The notes under the pieces: generated by a model
Seen by the model: only the letters and a program-made list of their open reading frames with translations
What the model was told of the DNA's origin: nothing
The model's database searches: none
Made by a program: the position numbers and the translations under genes
NCBI GenBank assembly: GCA_945861755.1
Contig: CAMAVQ010000009.1
Span: 455 to 64,454, forward strand
DNA: 64,000 nucleotides
Direction: 5' to 3'
Origin: Gemmatimonas phototrophica
GTDB taxonomy: Bacteria; Latescibacterota; UBA2968; UBA8231
In this document: piece after piece, positions 27,038-36,582 of the stretch
Layout of the letters: every line of letters begins with the position of its first letter
How positions within the stretch are numbered: position 1 is the stretch's first letter

Positions 27038-29512
27038 ATGAGGTTCGGGATCCGCTGCATGGTCGCATTGGCGCTGGTGGTCCTGACTCAGGGCCCGGTG
27101 AGCGCCGAACTCTCCACTTTCTCGCTGCCCGGTCAGAGTCTCACCTGGCGCGATGCCGAGGAAGGCTCCCTGTCGGTCTCCCGCTATCTAGAACCCATAG
27201 ATGTCGAGCGCTTCAGCGACGGGATTCTGCCCATCTACCCGGTCCGCATGGTGTCGGTGCCGATTCTCGCCCTTCAGGGTACCGACTCTACCCTCAGCAC
27301 AGCGGGCGATTCGGTCCTCTTTGCTTTTTCCCGCCATCTGGCCCAGCAGGAGGTGGTAGCCCTAGAGCAGGTGGTGCTGGAGGATGGCACCATCGTCCCG
27401 CCTGGGCAGGTGCTCATCCCCAGGTGGGGCAATTTCCCCCGCCAGTTGAGCCAGGTACAGCTGCTGCGCCAGGCCGGCATCACGGAGATTCCGGCCATGA
27501 TCAACGTGGCCGAAGCCTACCCATTCCCCCCGGTGGCAGACAAGTACAACAAGGGGCTCACGATCACTTGGCAGACCATCTGGGAACGGGCGATGACCTA
27601 TGACCGGGCCCAGGGGTTCATGCAGACCATCTTCGACAACGACCCCAGCACCCACTTTGAGCGCATCGACAAGGTGGGCCAGGACGTGCAGCAGACCTGG
27701 ACCTTGTACATTGATCTGGGCCGCTATTTTCCGGTGCGCCTGGTGCGTTTTTATCCCACCTCCGGACTGCCCAAGGTCTCCTCCTACACCTTGCTCTCGG
27801 GTGCGGTGGGCACCGAGAAGCATATTGCCGGCCTCAATATCGACGACCCGACGGTGGGCCAGATCGGCTTTCCCCGTTTTGAAAACATGTCCCGGATCCT
27901 GCCCACCTTTGTGGTCGATAGGAGCGAGCCGATCAACCTGGACGACACGGTGTCGGTGCTCTTCGATCCGTCCAAGAAGGTGCGCTTCTCCCGCCTCGAC
28001 TTCAGAACCTCGCTGGATTATGATCTGGCCGAGGTCGAGTTCTTCGGGGATGGTTTCCTGCCCGAAGCCTCCTACGTGACCAAACCCCTGTCCCTACCTT
28101 CGGCCACTCTAGGCCGCATCTTCTGGGACGAGGAAAAGTTGGGGAACCCGGCCAAGTCGCGCGCCATCGTGCGCATGCAAACCGGGGTGAATCAGGAACC
28201 CCAAGTGATGTTCCGGCTCAACGATTTCGGGGTGCCGGTGGAGTGGAAGGAGGGGGTGGTCAAGGTGCTCGACCGTCGGCCTGGGTCCCAGACCTTGGGC
28301 CAGTCCGTCGACCTGAACGATCCGAACTTCAACCTGGTGGTGCGCGAGATCTTCAGCGACCTCTCCGATGCCGAGCGCGCGGCGGCGCGTCTCACCCGCG
28401 TCGAGTATCAGGCCCTGCCCGGCAACAAGCGTTCCACCGTCGAACCCGATCTGGTGTTCTGGAGCGGCGCCCAGCCAGTGGAGAACGGCGGGTTCATCAA
28501 GGCTCCGGGCGGGCGGCCTTACTTCCAGATCCAGGTCGAGTTCAGCAGCGACGACCCCGAATCGGCCACGGCCATCCGCAACCTGCGTTTCGAATACTCC
28601 GCCCCCCAGACCATCAGCCAGATCTACGGCGAGATTGCCCCGGCCACCAACGTGAGAGCCGGCCAGGACACCACCTTCGTGCTGGCGCTCAAGGCGTTGC
28701 TTGAGCAAGACAACAAGGGCTTCAACCGGCTTCAGGTCTTCACCCCCACCCGGATTGAGCGGATCGAATCCGTGCAGGTCGACCAAGGCGGTGGAGTACT
28801 TCAAGCGTTGGTGCAGAGCCAGGGTTCTCCCCAGGAGGGTCAGTTTCAGCAGCTGTACACCGACGACGAGCAGTTTGTCCTGGCCTTTCCCAAGTTGGGC
28901 CCGGACCTGGGCGGCAGCACCCGCGAGGTGTTGCTCAAAGTGCGCTTCAAGGCCCGGGTGATCGATTTTCGCACCAATTTCAAGGCCAATGCCCTGCTCG
29001 ACTCCCTGAGCACCGGGCGCCGGGTCTTCAACACCAATGGCATCGTCGCCTTGGCCGACGTCGGCACCGATACCCTGGCCCTGTTCCTGCCCCAGGGTCT
29101 CGAAGCCCGGGACGTGGTGAACTTTCTCCAGACGGACCAACTCGAAGACAGCAATAGCCTGGCAGTGACCGCCGACCTCTCGTCCCAGAGCAAGGAACTG
29201 GTGACCAAGCTCAAAATGGCCCCCAACCCCTTTACCCCCAACGGCGACCTGGTGAACGACCAGTTGCAGATTTCCTTCGATGTGCAGCGCCTGACTGCGG
29301 CCCGGCCGATCAAGGTCGAAATCTTTGATTTGAGTGGTCAGCGGGTGCGGAGCATCGAGCAGGAAGCTGTTTCGGGGGGGTATACCCAGAACTGGGATGG
29401 TCGCGATGGCAAAGGTAATCTGGTGGCTCCAGGGTTGTACCTGGTGCGGGTTGGGGTCGATGCCGACGCCGCCAACTCGGCCCAGGTGCGGCTGGTTTCC
29501 GTGGCGTATTGA
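27038..29512 (+). CDS. Family A1 secreted protein (discoidin-like domain + FlgD-Ig/CTD-like tail)
   Basis: Signal peptide; 'FDNDPST', 'IDLGRYFPVRLVRFYP', 'LAEVEFFGDG'; tail 'PNPFTPNGDLVND..IFDLSG..WDGRD..PGLY..VSVAY'. Confidence 0.8.
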   Translation: MRFGIRCMVALALVVLTQGPVSAELSTFSLPGQSLTWRDAEEGSLSVSRYLEPIDVERFSDGILPIYPVRMVSVPILALQGTDSTLSTAGDSVLFAFSRHLAQQEVVALEQVVLEDGTIVPPGQVLIPRWGNFPRQLSQVQLLRQAGITEIPAMINVAEAYPFPPVADKYNKGLTITWQTIWERAMTYDRAQGFMQTIFDNDPSTHFERIDKVGQDVQQTWTLYIDLGRYFPVRLVRFYPTSGLPKVSSYTLLSGAVGTEKHIAGLNIDDPTVGQIGFPRFENMSRILPTFVVDRSEPINLDDTVSVLFDPSKKVRFSRLDFRTSLDYDLAEVEFFGDGFLPEASYVTKPLSLPSATLGRIFWDEEKLGNPAKSRAIVRMQTGVNQEPQVMFRLNDFGVPVEWKEGVVKVLDRRPGSQTLGQSVDLNDPNFNLVVREIFSDLSDAERAAARLTRVEYQALPGNKRSTVEPDLVFWSGAQPVENGGFIKAPGGRPYFQIQVEFSSDDPESATAIRNLRFEYSAPQTISQIYGEIAPATNVRAGQDTTFVLALKALLEQDNKGFNRLQVFTPTRIERIESVQVDQGGGVLQALVQSQGSPQEGQFQQLYTDDEQFVLAFPKLGPDLGGSTREVLLKVRFKARVIDFRTNFKANALLDSLSTGRRVFNTNGIVALADVGTDTLALFLPQGLEARDVVNFLQTDQLEDSNSLAVTADLSSQSKELVTKLKMAPNPFTPNGDLVNDQLQISFDVQRLTAARPIKVEIFDLSGQRVRSIEQEAVSGGYTQNWDGRDGKGNLVAPGLYLVRVGVDADAANSAQVRLVSVAY

Positions 29513-29559
29513 GGAAAAGCGGCAGGCAGTATCTGCCAGCAAAGGAGCACGGGTTAGCG

Positions 29560-32500
29560 ATGAAAAAGATATTAGCGGGACTCCTGATTAGCCTCGCCGT
29601 CGCCGGGGTAGGCGGGGCCCAGACTCCGCCCACGGCCTACCGTATCCTCGGTAACTCGATCCGGGTTGACCGCGCTTCTCTTTGGCAGAACTGGGAATCC
29701 CAGAACGACCGAGTCACCAGTCTGTACCGCCCGCTTTCTGGTGTGGACGTCATCAAGGTGAGCGAAGAGGGGGTGCAACCCACCTTCTTCCGGCGCAAGA
29801 TCAATGCCGCCTTGGAGGCAGATAAGTTCACCTATCCTGATGTGGTCCGCGCCGCGGGTGCTCTGGTCAATGGGGGAGCTGTTGGTCTCTCTAATACCGC
29901 AGAGGCCCACTTGGTCATCGACGACGACCTGAGCACCTACTGGGAACCGGCGACCCCTGCCAGCTATGAGGCCCGGTTGCGCGACCCCAAGGATTTTTCC
30001 ATCGACAACCTGCGCAATTGGGAACTGACGGTGGACCTGGGCCGGCTGGTCTACGCCGACAGCATCACCGTGATCTTCCCCTCCGGGCGCAACTCTGAGA
30101 CCTTCCTGGGCCAGCCGGGCAAGGCCTTTGTCCTGTGGGCCTCCATGGGCGAGCGCTTCCCCTTCCCCTTGGGCACCAATCTCAAGTTTACCCCGATCGG
30201 CCAGGCTACAACCCCGGACGAGGCGGCCGGCAAACTCGCCAGCCCTCAGCAGGGGAATACCGGCGCCTCCCAGATCCAGGTGGAAGCGGGCAAAGGCGTG
30301 CTGGTGCCCATGCCCGGCACCGACGGAAAGTACCTGCAGTCCACCTTCCACCTCACGCCCCTCGATCGCGCCGATTTCGATTTGGACGGCATCCCCGATA
30401 TCTCCGGTTCGCCGGTCCAGTACGTCAAACTGACCTTCACCGACAGCGGTCTGTGGCGCAAGACCTTCATCGGTGCCGGGGATTCGGCCCGGGCGGTGTA
30501 CGAGGCCCTGCCTCCCGAGCAGCGAGGTGCCCTCTTGTACCAGCGGCAGACCGCCGGCGGCTTCCTGGTGGAGATCGAGGACGATCCCCAAGGTCTGACT
30601 GCCCGGGAGCGCTATCTCTCCCTGCCCCCGGAAAAGCAGGGATCCCTGCTCTATTACTCCCGCGAGGTGCCCAGGGTAGCCGAGATCCAGGTCTGGGCCA
30701 AAGGCGACAACTACGCCCTGCGGCCCGAGCAGCGGGCCGGGGCCTCCTTTGAGCACGGCGGCCTGGGCGCTCCCGAAAAAGCCACGGACGGGCTATACGA
30801 CACGGAGTGGCAGGCCAATACCTGGTCGCCTATCTACACCAAGGGCACGGCCTGGTGGGATCTGGGCGCGGTCTTCTGGGTGGACAACCTTTTCCTCATC
30901 GACAAGCGCATCAACCAGAGCCACTCCGGCGCGTTCACAGGCCACTTCATCCTGGTATCAGACGGCACCCTGCTCAAGCCCATCACCATGGAGAGCCGCG
31001 AGGACTTCCCGCAACTTGAGAACGGCCTCGACTGGGACAACGTGGTCAGCGAGAATCAGCTCGACAACCATCTCCCGGTGGTGCGCATCGTCAACGAGCA
31101 TTTCCCTTTGCGCCAGATCCGCTACCTCATGTTGCGCGACATCGACATCACCGGCAGCAACTCCGGCCAGTACGGCGCGTTGGCCACCCTGGGTGAACTG
31201 CAGCTCTACGGCGAAGGATACCCGGTGAGTGTGTGGACCTATTCGCCGCCCATCAAATTGACCGACAGCAAGGGCAACTTCATCCGCAAGACCCTGCCGC
31301 GCATCTCCTGGGAAGGGGAGGCCATTGTGCGCCAGACCGACCCGCTCACCGGCCGCAGCGTGGAGGTGGCTGAAGCGCTGGAGAGCCATCCCGAGGTGCG
31401 CCTGCAAATCCAGACCCGCACCAGCGATCAGACCGACTCCACCTTCAAGTACTACGAAGTAGTGAGCATCGAGGGCAGCGAAGAGCGGAGCGAGATCACC
31501 AAGGAACTCTACGACGACCTGGTCTTCCGCTGGAATGTGTGGAACACTTGGACCGGATTGAAGACGCCCCACGCCAGCAGTGCCGACGACGACAAGGACG
31601 GATCGATAGACGAGGACGAGATCGACTTTGTCGACAACGACGGAGACGGCAAGATTGACGAGGACGGCAAGAAGCTGGGCAATGGCCGGAAGCCCAAATC
31701 CGATCCGGCCAAGGACGGGGTCCTGGCTTTTGTGGGCTGGAGCAACTGGAGCGAGAGTTACCTACCCACCAATGGCCGCAACGAGGCGCTGATCACCTCC
31801 CCCAATCCGCGCAAATTCCTGCAAATCAGGATCAATATGTTTTCCGAAGACCCTTTCAAGACGGCGCGCATCCGCTCGCTGCGGGTGGACCTGGCCCCGC
31901 CCCTCTCCCTCGAGCTGGCCGGGGAAGTGGCCCGCCTGAATACTGGCGGTACCGACCGGTTGCTCAGTGATCTGCCCGGGGTGGTTCAGGCCGACTACGC
32001 TCAGCCTATCGATGTCGATCCGCTGCAGCCCCAGCTCTTCTCGTATTTCATCCGCGCTGCCGGCCCCGACCCAGCGGACAGCGAAGTGCGCCAGGGCTTC
32101 GACGAATTACTCATCACCACCCCCAGGGCTGCAACCCTGCGCGGGGTGCGTTTGGGCCAGGTGAAGGTGGTGACCACTACTTCGACGCTCGACCCCACAG
32201 CCGTCCTGACCGGGGCGGTGACCACCACCTTCTCCGGTTATTTTCAGCGCGATCCAGCGGACGGCACCTTCAAGGATGCTGCCGGCCAGGTCCTGCAGGT
32301 GCTGCCGGCGGGCACCGATTCCCTGTACCTCCGCCTGCCTGCCTCGCTCAACGCCGGTCTCTCAGGCAATACCCAGGCCCTGGCCGAAATCCAGTTTGAG
32401 ACCCAGACCCTCAAGGAGGGCGAGGAGTTTGGCAGCTACATCCGCTCTTCGAGCAGTGCCGACGTAGTTTTCCAGCGGGTGAACACCGACCAGCAGGACG

Positions 32501-32895
32501 CCACCGAGCTGGTGGCCAGCAGCACCGCCCGGATCAGCCTGGTGCCCCTGGCCGACCAGCTGGTCCACAACGTGACCCTCGACCGGGTGTTCACCCCTAA
32601 TGGAGACGGGATCAACGACCAGGCCAGGGTGAGTTTTACCCTGCTCAAGGTGTTGGCCGAGCGGCCGGTGGCGGTAAGTTTTTACGATCTGCAGGGCCGG
32701 CTGGCCGGCAGCGCCCGGGCGACCAGCGGCGCTAATGCAGCCGGTGAAGGCAAGGTGGGAACGCTGGAATTCGCCTGGGATGGGCGCGATGCCAAGGGGC
32801 AATTAGTGCCTCCGGGGATCTATCTGTGCCGGATCAGCGTGGATGCGGACCAGGGGAAGAGTGAGCAGGTGCACTTGGTCCATGTGGTTTATTGA
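29560..32895 (+). CDS. Family A2 secreted protein (long subtype, two discoidin-like domains + tail)
   Basis: AAGGAG RBS, ATG 29560, signal peptide; 'IDDDLSTYWEP', 'VDLGR', 'WDLGAVFWVD'; DxDxDG loops; tail 'FTPNGDGIND..WDGRD..PGIY..HVVY'. Confidence 0.8.
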   Translation: MKKILAGLLISLAVAGVGGAQTPPTAYRILGNSIRVDRASLWQNWESQNDRVTSLYRPLSGVDVIKVSEEGVQPTFFRRKINAALEADKFTYPDVVRAAGALVNGGAVGLSNTAEAHLVIDDDLSTYWEPATPASYEARLRDPKDFSIDNLRNWELTVDLGRLVYADSITVIFPSGRNSETFLGQPGKAFVLWASMGERFPFPLGTNLKFTPIGQATTPDEAAGKLASPQQGNTGASQIQVEAGKGVLVPMPGTDGKYLQSTFHLTPLDRADFDLDGIPDISGSPVQYVKLTFTDSGLWRKTFIGAGDSARAVYEALPPEQRGALLYQRQTAGGFLVEIEDDPQGLTARERYLSLPPEKQGSLLYYSREVPRVAEIQVWAKGDNYALRPEQRAGASFEHGGLGAPEKATDGLYDTEWQANTWSPIYTKGTAWWDLGAVFWVDNLFLIDKRINQSHSGAFTGHFILVSDGTLLKPITMESREDFPQLENGLDWDNVVSENQLDNHLPVVRIVNEHFPLRQIRYLMLRDIDITGSNSGQYGALATLGELQLYGEGYPVSVWTYSPPIKLTDSKGNFIRKTLPRISWEGEAIVRQTDPLTGRSVEVAEALESHPEVRLQIQTRTSDQTDSTFKYYEVVSIEGSEERSEITKELYDDLVFRWNVWNTWTGLKTPHASSADDDKDGSIDEDEIDFVDNDGDGKIDEDGKKLGNGRKPKSDPAKDGVLAFVGWSNWSESYLPTNGRNEALITSPNPRKFLQIRINMFSEDPFKTARIRSLRVDLAPPLSLELAGEVARLNTGGTDRLLSDLPGVVQADYAQPIDVDPLQPQLFSYFIRAAGPDPADSEVRQGFDELLITTPRAATLRGVRLGQVKVVTTTSTLDPTAVLTGAVTTTFSGYFQRDPADGTFKDAAGQVLQVLPAGTDSLYLRLPASLNAGLSGNTQALAEIQFETQTLKEGEEFGSYIRSSSSADVVFQRVNTDQQDATELVASSTARISLVPLADQLVHNVTLDRVFTPNGDGINDQARVSFTLLKVLAERPVAVSFYDLQGRLAGSARATSGANAAGEGKVGTLEFAWDGRDAKGQLVPPGIYLCRISVDADQGKSEQVHLVHVVY

Positions 32896-32960
32896 AAGCT
32901 GTCCCGCTCTTCGCCAGCAGGCGCGGGGCGAGTCTAAATAGCGATTCAAGGGAGGGAGTT

Positions 32961-35699
32961 GTGAACAAGGCCTACAGGATCTTTGCGTGTGTTATCCTGC
33001 TCGCAGGATGGCTACCGGCCCATGCTCAGGAAGACTTCGGCACGCGGCTGGGTATCCAGCGGGGCGGGGCGGTCTCCTACCAGCCTCTAGGTCCGGGCGT
33101 ACTCTTTGATGCCCTGGACCCGGCGGTTAAGAAGTGGTACATCCCCCAGGAGTTGTTCAACGAGTACCAGTGGCAGCAGCAGGACTACACCAACTACGCC
33201 CGCCGCCATTTTCAGCGCTACGTGAACACCTACCAGGAAGGCGACTACTTCTACGATCTGTACGGGAATTTTCTCACCCGTGGCCAGTTGATCTACGACT
33301 GGAGCGTGGCCGCGCCCCAGACCGCGGGCAGCAACCTCTATAAAGACCCCAGATTTGCCAGCTGGTTCCAGAGCGTGACCATTGCCTCCGACGCCAAGGG
33401 CCAGTACGCCTATGCGCTGACCATCGGCGATAATATCCGCACCACCCTGACGCCGATGACCTTTTCCAGGCCCCGCTTCACCGGGGTCCAGTTCGACCTG
33501 GCCGCCGACAAGTACGAAGCCACCATCATCGCCTCCCGCCCCAGCGCTCCCGGTGCCATCGCCACCGCCAGCGGCACCTCGGGTACCGGCCGCTTCCGTT
33601 CCAACGACACCAACCTCCTGGGCGGGCACGGCACGGTGCAGTTGGGCGACTTTGTCAAGCTGGGGGCTACCTATGTGAGCGCTTTCAACGCCCAGACCAA
33701 GGGCCAGGCCTTCCAGGGCAATCCCTTCAAGGGTACCCTGACCGAGGGGCAGAACAACAACGACGCCAGTCGCATCGAAGTCCACCTCAGCGACGACTCC
33801 CCCGAGGATGGCAAGGCCGGCGCGGCCTACTTCCAGGAAGAGATGATTATCACCACCGTCGACGGCAAGCGGCAGAGCAACCGCCGCATCCTCGACGACA
33901 ACATCCTCGACTTCCATCCCTCGGTGCAGGGCGGTTTCCGCCAGGAAGGTTATATCTCGGCCGACGGCAACGAGGTGATCGTGCTGGTCTACGATTTGGA
34001 AGGGCCTCAGTATCGCAACGCCTTCGGCCCTACCCCTGAGCGCATCAAGAGCATTGAGTTCGTGATGCTGCTGGCCAACGACTACCGTATCGACCTGACC
34101 TCCAACCGCCAGCTCAATACCAACGGCCAGCCGGTGCTGCTCTCGGAGGGCATTCCCGAGCGCACGCTGCGCGCCAGCGGCAATGTGCAGGACGGCTCCA
34201 ACCAGCGTTTTGTGAAGCTCGCCTATGGGTTGCCGGTGGCCAACGAGATCTACGGGGTCACCCTAGACGTTACCAATGTGGGCGGCTTCTACCTGGCTGG
34301 CGAGTTCGATCGCAACCGCCAGCATTTCCGCTATCCGAGTCGCTCCGAGAACGACGTGACCAGCCACCATGCCAGCAGCAAGAGCGCCGACGCCTGGTTC
34401 CTCAACGGCTACAAGCGGGCCCAGCCCTTCTTCGCCTTTGGCGAGGTCTACCAGGTGGAGCCGGACTACAGCACCAGCACCTTCCTGGCCGGCGTCCAGA
34501 ACGACGCTGCCGACATCTTTTACGACAACGCCAACCAGTACGTGTACGAGTTTGTCGACGACAACGACGATCAGGACCGCTCCCCGGACTGGTTGCGGGC
34601 CAACGGCGCCCAAGACATCAAGGTTTTCCCGGGTTTCGACGAGAACAACGATTTCGTCAACGACTTCAACCAGAACGACACCCAGTTTCGCGAAAACGCT
34701 TCTCCCGACTACGAGGAACCTTTCCTGCGTTATAGTTCCGACCGCCCGGAATTTCTCTTTGGCGTCGATATGAACAACAACGGCATTGTCGACCGCTTCG
34801 AAAACGACAACCTGCCGGATTACCTGTACAAGCGCGATCGCAAGGGCTACAACACCTATCTGGGTTCCCAGCTCGGGCCCGAGGCCCGGCTGACGGTGGG
34901 CCGCCTGGACGAAAGGCAGCTGGCCGACAAACGCTCCAATACCAGCAACTATTTGCTGCTGACCTACGACAAGGACTTCCCGCGCCTGGGCCGGGTGCAG
35001 GTGTACGAGAACTGGCGGCGGGTGCAGGACGATATCCGCGATGATGTAATTGAGTGGATCGTGCGCGAGGGGTCGCGCGGTTCCTTTGTGCCCTACGAAG
35101 ATCCCCTGCCCATGCGCGATGCCTGGGCCAACACCGCGTACCTGGGGTACAGCTACCAGAACGACAAGGTGCAATTCAAGAACCGCATCAAACACGATAT
35201 CATCCGCCAAGTCGATTATGACCAGCGGCCCACCGATCAGCAGGAGATCCGCGAGACCTCCACCTTCTTCGGCATGATCAACAAAATCGATTACACCCAG
35301 GCCCTGGGCCGCATCAAGCTGGAGCCCCGCTGGAAGAGCGAGTACGAGCGCTACCGTCCGGCGCGCAAGCGCGAGGACCCGGTGCGGGTTGCCACCACCG
35401 AGCTGCGCGAGTTGCTGGGGCTGGTGGTGCGGGTGCCCATCCTCAACCACACCGAACTGGAGACGGGGCTGGAGTACCTTTTTGTCAACCAGTTCCGCAA
35501 ACAGCTCGAGGACGATCAGCTCCGCTCGGACCGCAACGAACTGGTCTACGCCCTGCAGTTCACCAACAACGTGGACTACCTGGGGTACAATCTGTGGACC
35601 CAGACCGGCTTCCGGATCTCGCGCATCGACCAGAAGTCGGCGGTGAAGGTGCGTACCGAGACGGCGATGTTCATCACCGTGTACGCCGGCCTCGAATAA
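32961..35699 (+). CDS. Family B1 predicted outer-membrane beta-barrel with Asp/Asn-rich loop
   Basis: GGAGG RBS, GTG start, signal peptide; amphipathic strands; 'FVDDNDDQDR..PGFDENND..PDYEEPFLRY..DMNNNG..DRFEND'; ends 'FITVYAGLE'. Confidence 0.72.
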   Translation: MNKAYRIFACVILLAGWLPAHAQEDFGTRLGIQRGGAVSYQPLGPGVLFDALDPAVKKWYIPQELFNEYQWQQQDYTNYARRHFQRYVNTYQEGDYFYDLYGNFLTRGQLIYDWSVAAPQTAGSNLYKDPRFASWFQSVTIASDAKGQYAYALTIGDNIRTTLTPMTFSRPRFTGVQFDLAADKYEATIIASRPSAPGAIATASGTSGTGRFRSNDTNLLGGHGTVQLGDFVKLGATYVSAFNAQTKGQAFQGNPFKGTLTEGQNNNDASRIEVHLSDDSPEDGKAGAAYFQEEMIITTVDGKRQSNRRILDDNILDFHPSVQGGFRQEGYISADGNEVIVLVYDLEGPQYRNAFGPTPERIKSIEFVMLLANDYRIDLTSNRQLNTNGQPVLLSEGIPERTLRASGNVQDGSNQRFVKLAYGLPVANEIYGVTLDVTNVGGFYLAGEFDRNRQHFRYPSRSENDVTSHHASSKSADAWFLNGYKRAQPFFAFGEVYQVEPDYSTSTFLAGVQNDAADIFYDNANQYVYEFVDDNDDQDRSPDWLRANGAQDIKVFPGFDENNDFVNDFNQNDTQFRENASPDYEEPFLRYSSDRPEFLFGVDMNNNGIVDRFENDNLPDYLYKRDRKGYNTYLGSQLGPEARLTVGRLDERQLADKRSNTSNYLLLTYDKDFPRLGRVQVYENWRRVQDDIRDDVIEWIVREGSRGSFVPYEDPLPMRDAWANTAYLGYSYQNDKVQFKNRIKHDIIRQVDYDQRPTDQQEIRETSTFFGMINKIDYTQALGRIKLEPRWKSEYERYRPARKREDPVRVATTELRELLGLVVRVPILNHTELETGLEYLFVNQFRKQLEDDQLRSDRNELVYALQFTNNVDYLGYNLWTQTGFRISRIDQKSAVKVRTETAMFITVYAGLE

Positions 35700-35716
35700 T
35701 CAGGAGAGTACAGACC

Positions 35717-36490
35717 ATGCAATATTCGCGCTTTTCGCTCGCGTTGCTGCTGGCCGCTGTCCTGAGCAGTGCCGGCTGCGCCTATCGCTACTACGCCACC
35801 TCGCTCAAGCCCCTGGGCGAGGATAAGCAGGGGACCAGCCACAAGGTGGCTGATGACGGCACCGTCACCTTTACCCAGGGCCGTCTAGAGGTGAGCCTGC
35901 GCCCGATGACCGACGAGGAACTGAACCGCCAGTTCAGCGCTTTCTCGCACGACGGCGCGCACTCCACCAACCCCTACACTTTTGGTGACTCCAAGGTTTT
36001 CCGCACCGACGAAACCCCCCAGCGCTTCACGGTTTTCCGCCTGAAGGTGGAGAACTACGAATATCCCAAGGTTTTCATCAATCCGGCGAAGATCTACCTG
36101 ACCACCAGCAATGGGCGCAAATACTACGCCCTCACCTTAGCCCAACTGCGGGTCTACTACCGCCGCTATCTGCAAGGTGGGGCGGAGACCAACACCGAGT
36201 ACTGGGTTGCCGGCAACGAAAATGAGGAGCAGAACAACCGCGAAACCACCCTCAACCGTACCCTCTTTCCTGCGGAGCAGATCTTCAGCGCCCAGGAAAA
36301 GGAGGGGTACATCGTTTTCCAGCCCCTGGCCCCCGATGTGGAGCAGGTGACCGTGCACATTCCCGATACCGTGGTGCGTTTCGATTACAAAGGCGATCCG
36401 AGCGAGTATATCGAGATCACTGCCCAGTTTGGCCGCGAGATCGGTCGCCAGTATCCGGATGGCCGCAAAGTGGCGATGGATGAGAAGTAG
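35717..36490 (+). CDS. Family C1 lipoprotein
   Basis: AGGAG RBS, lipobox 'SSAGC'; 'VADDGTVTF..RLEVSLRPMTDEELNRQF..STNP'; paralog at 63762. Confidence 0.8.
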   Translation: MQYSRFSLALLLAAVLSSAGCAYRYYATSLKPLGEDKQGTSHKVADDGTVTFTQGRLEVSLRPMTDEELNRQFSAFSHDGAHSTNPYTFGDSKVFRTDETPQRFTVFRLKVENYEYPKVFINPAKIYLTTSNGRKYYALTLAQLRVYYRRYLQGGAETNTEYWVAGNENEEQNNRETTLNRTLFPAEQIFSAQEKEGYIVFQPLAPDVEQVTVHIPDTVVRFDYKGDPSEYIEITAQFGREIGRQYPDGRKVAMDEK

Positions 36491-36515
36491 CCAGGCCTGA
36501 AGAATACACCGACCG

Positions 36516-36552
36516 CTGCGCGGCATTGCGTCCTAGACGCAGTGCCGCGCAG
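36516..36552. other. Strong 17-bp intergenic hairpin
   Basis: CTGCGCGGCATTGCGTC-cta-GACGCAGTGCCGCGCAG; no U-tract. Confidence 0.65.
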
Positions 36553-36582
36553 TCGTATGTACACCGAGAAAAGAGGAAAAAG

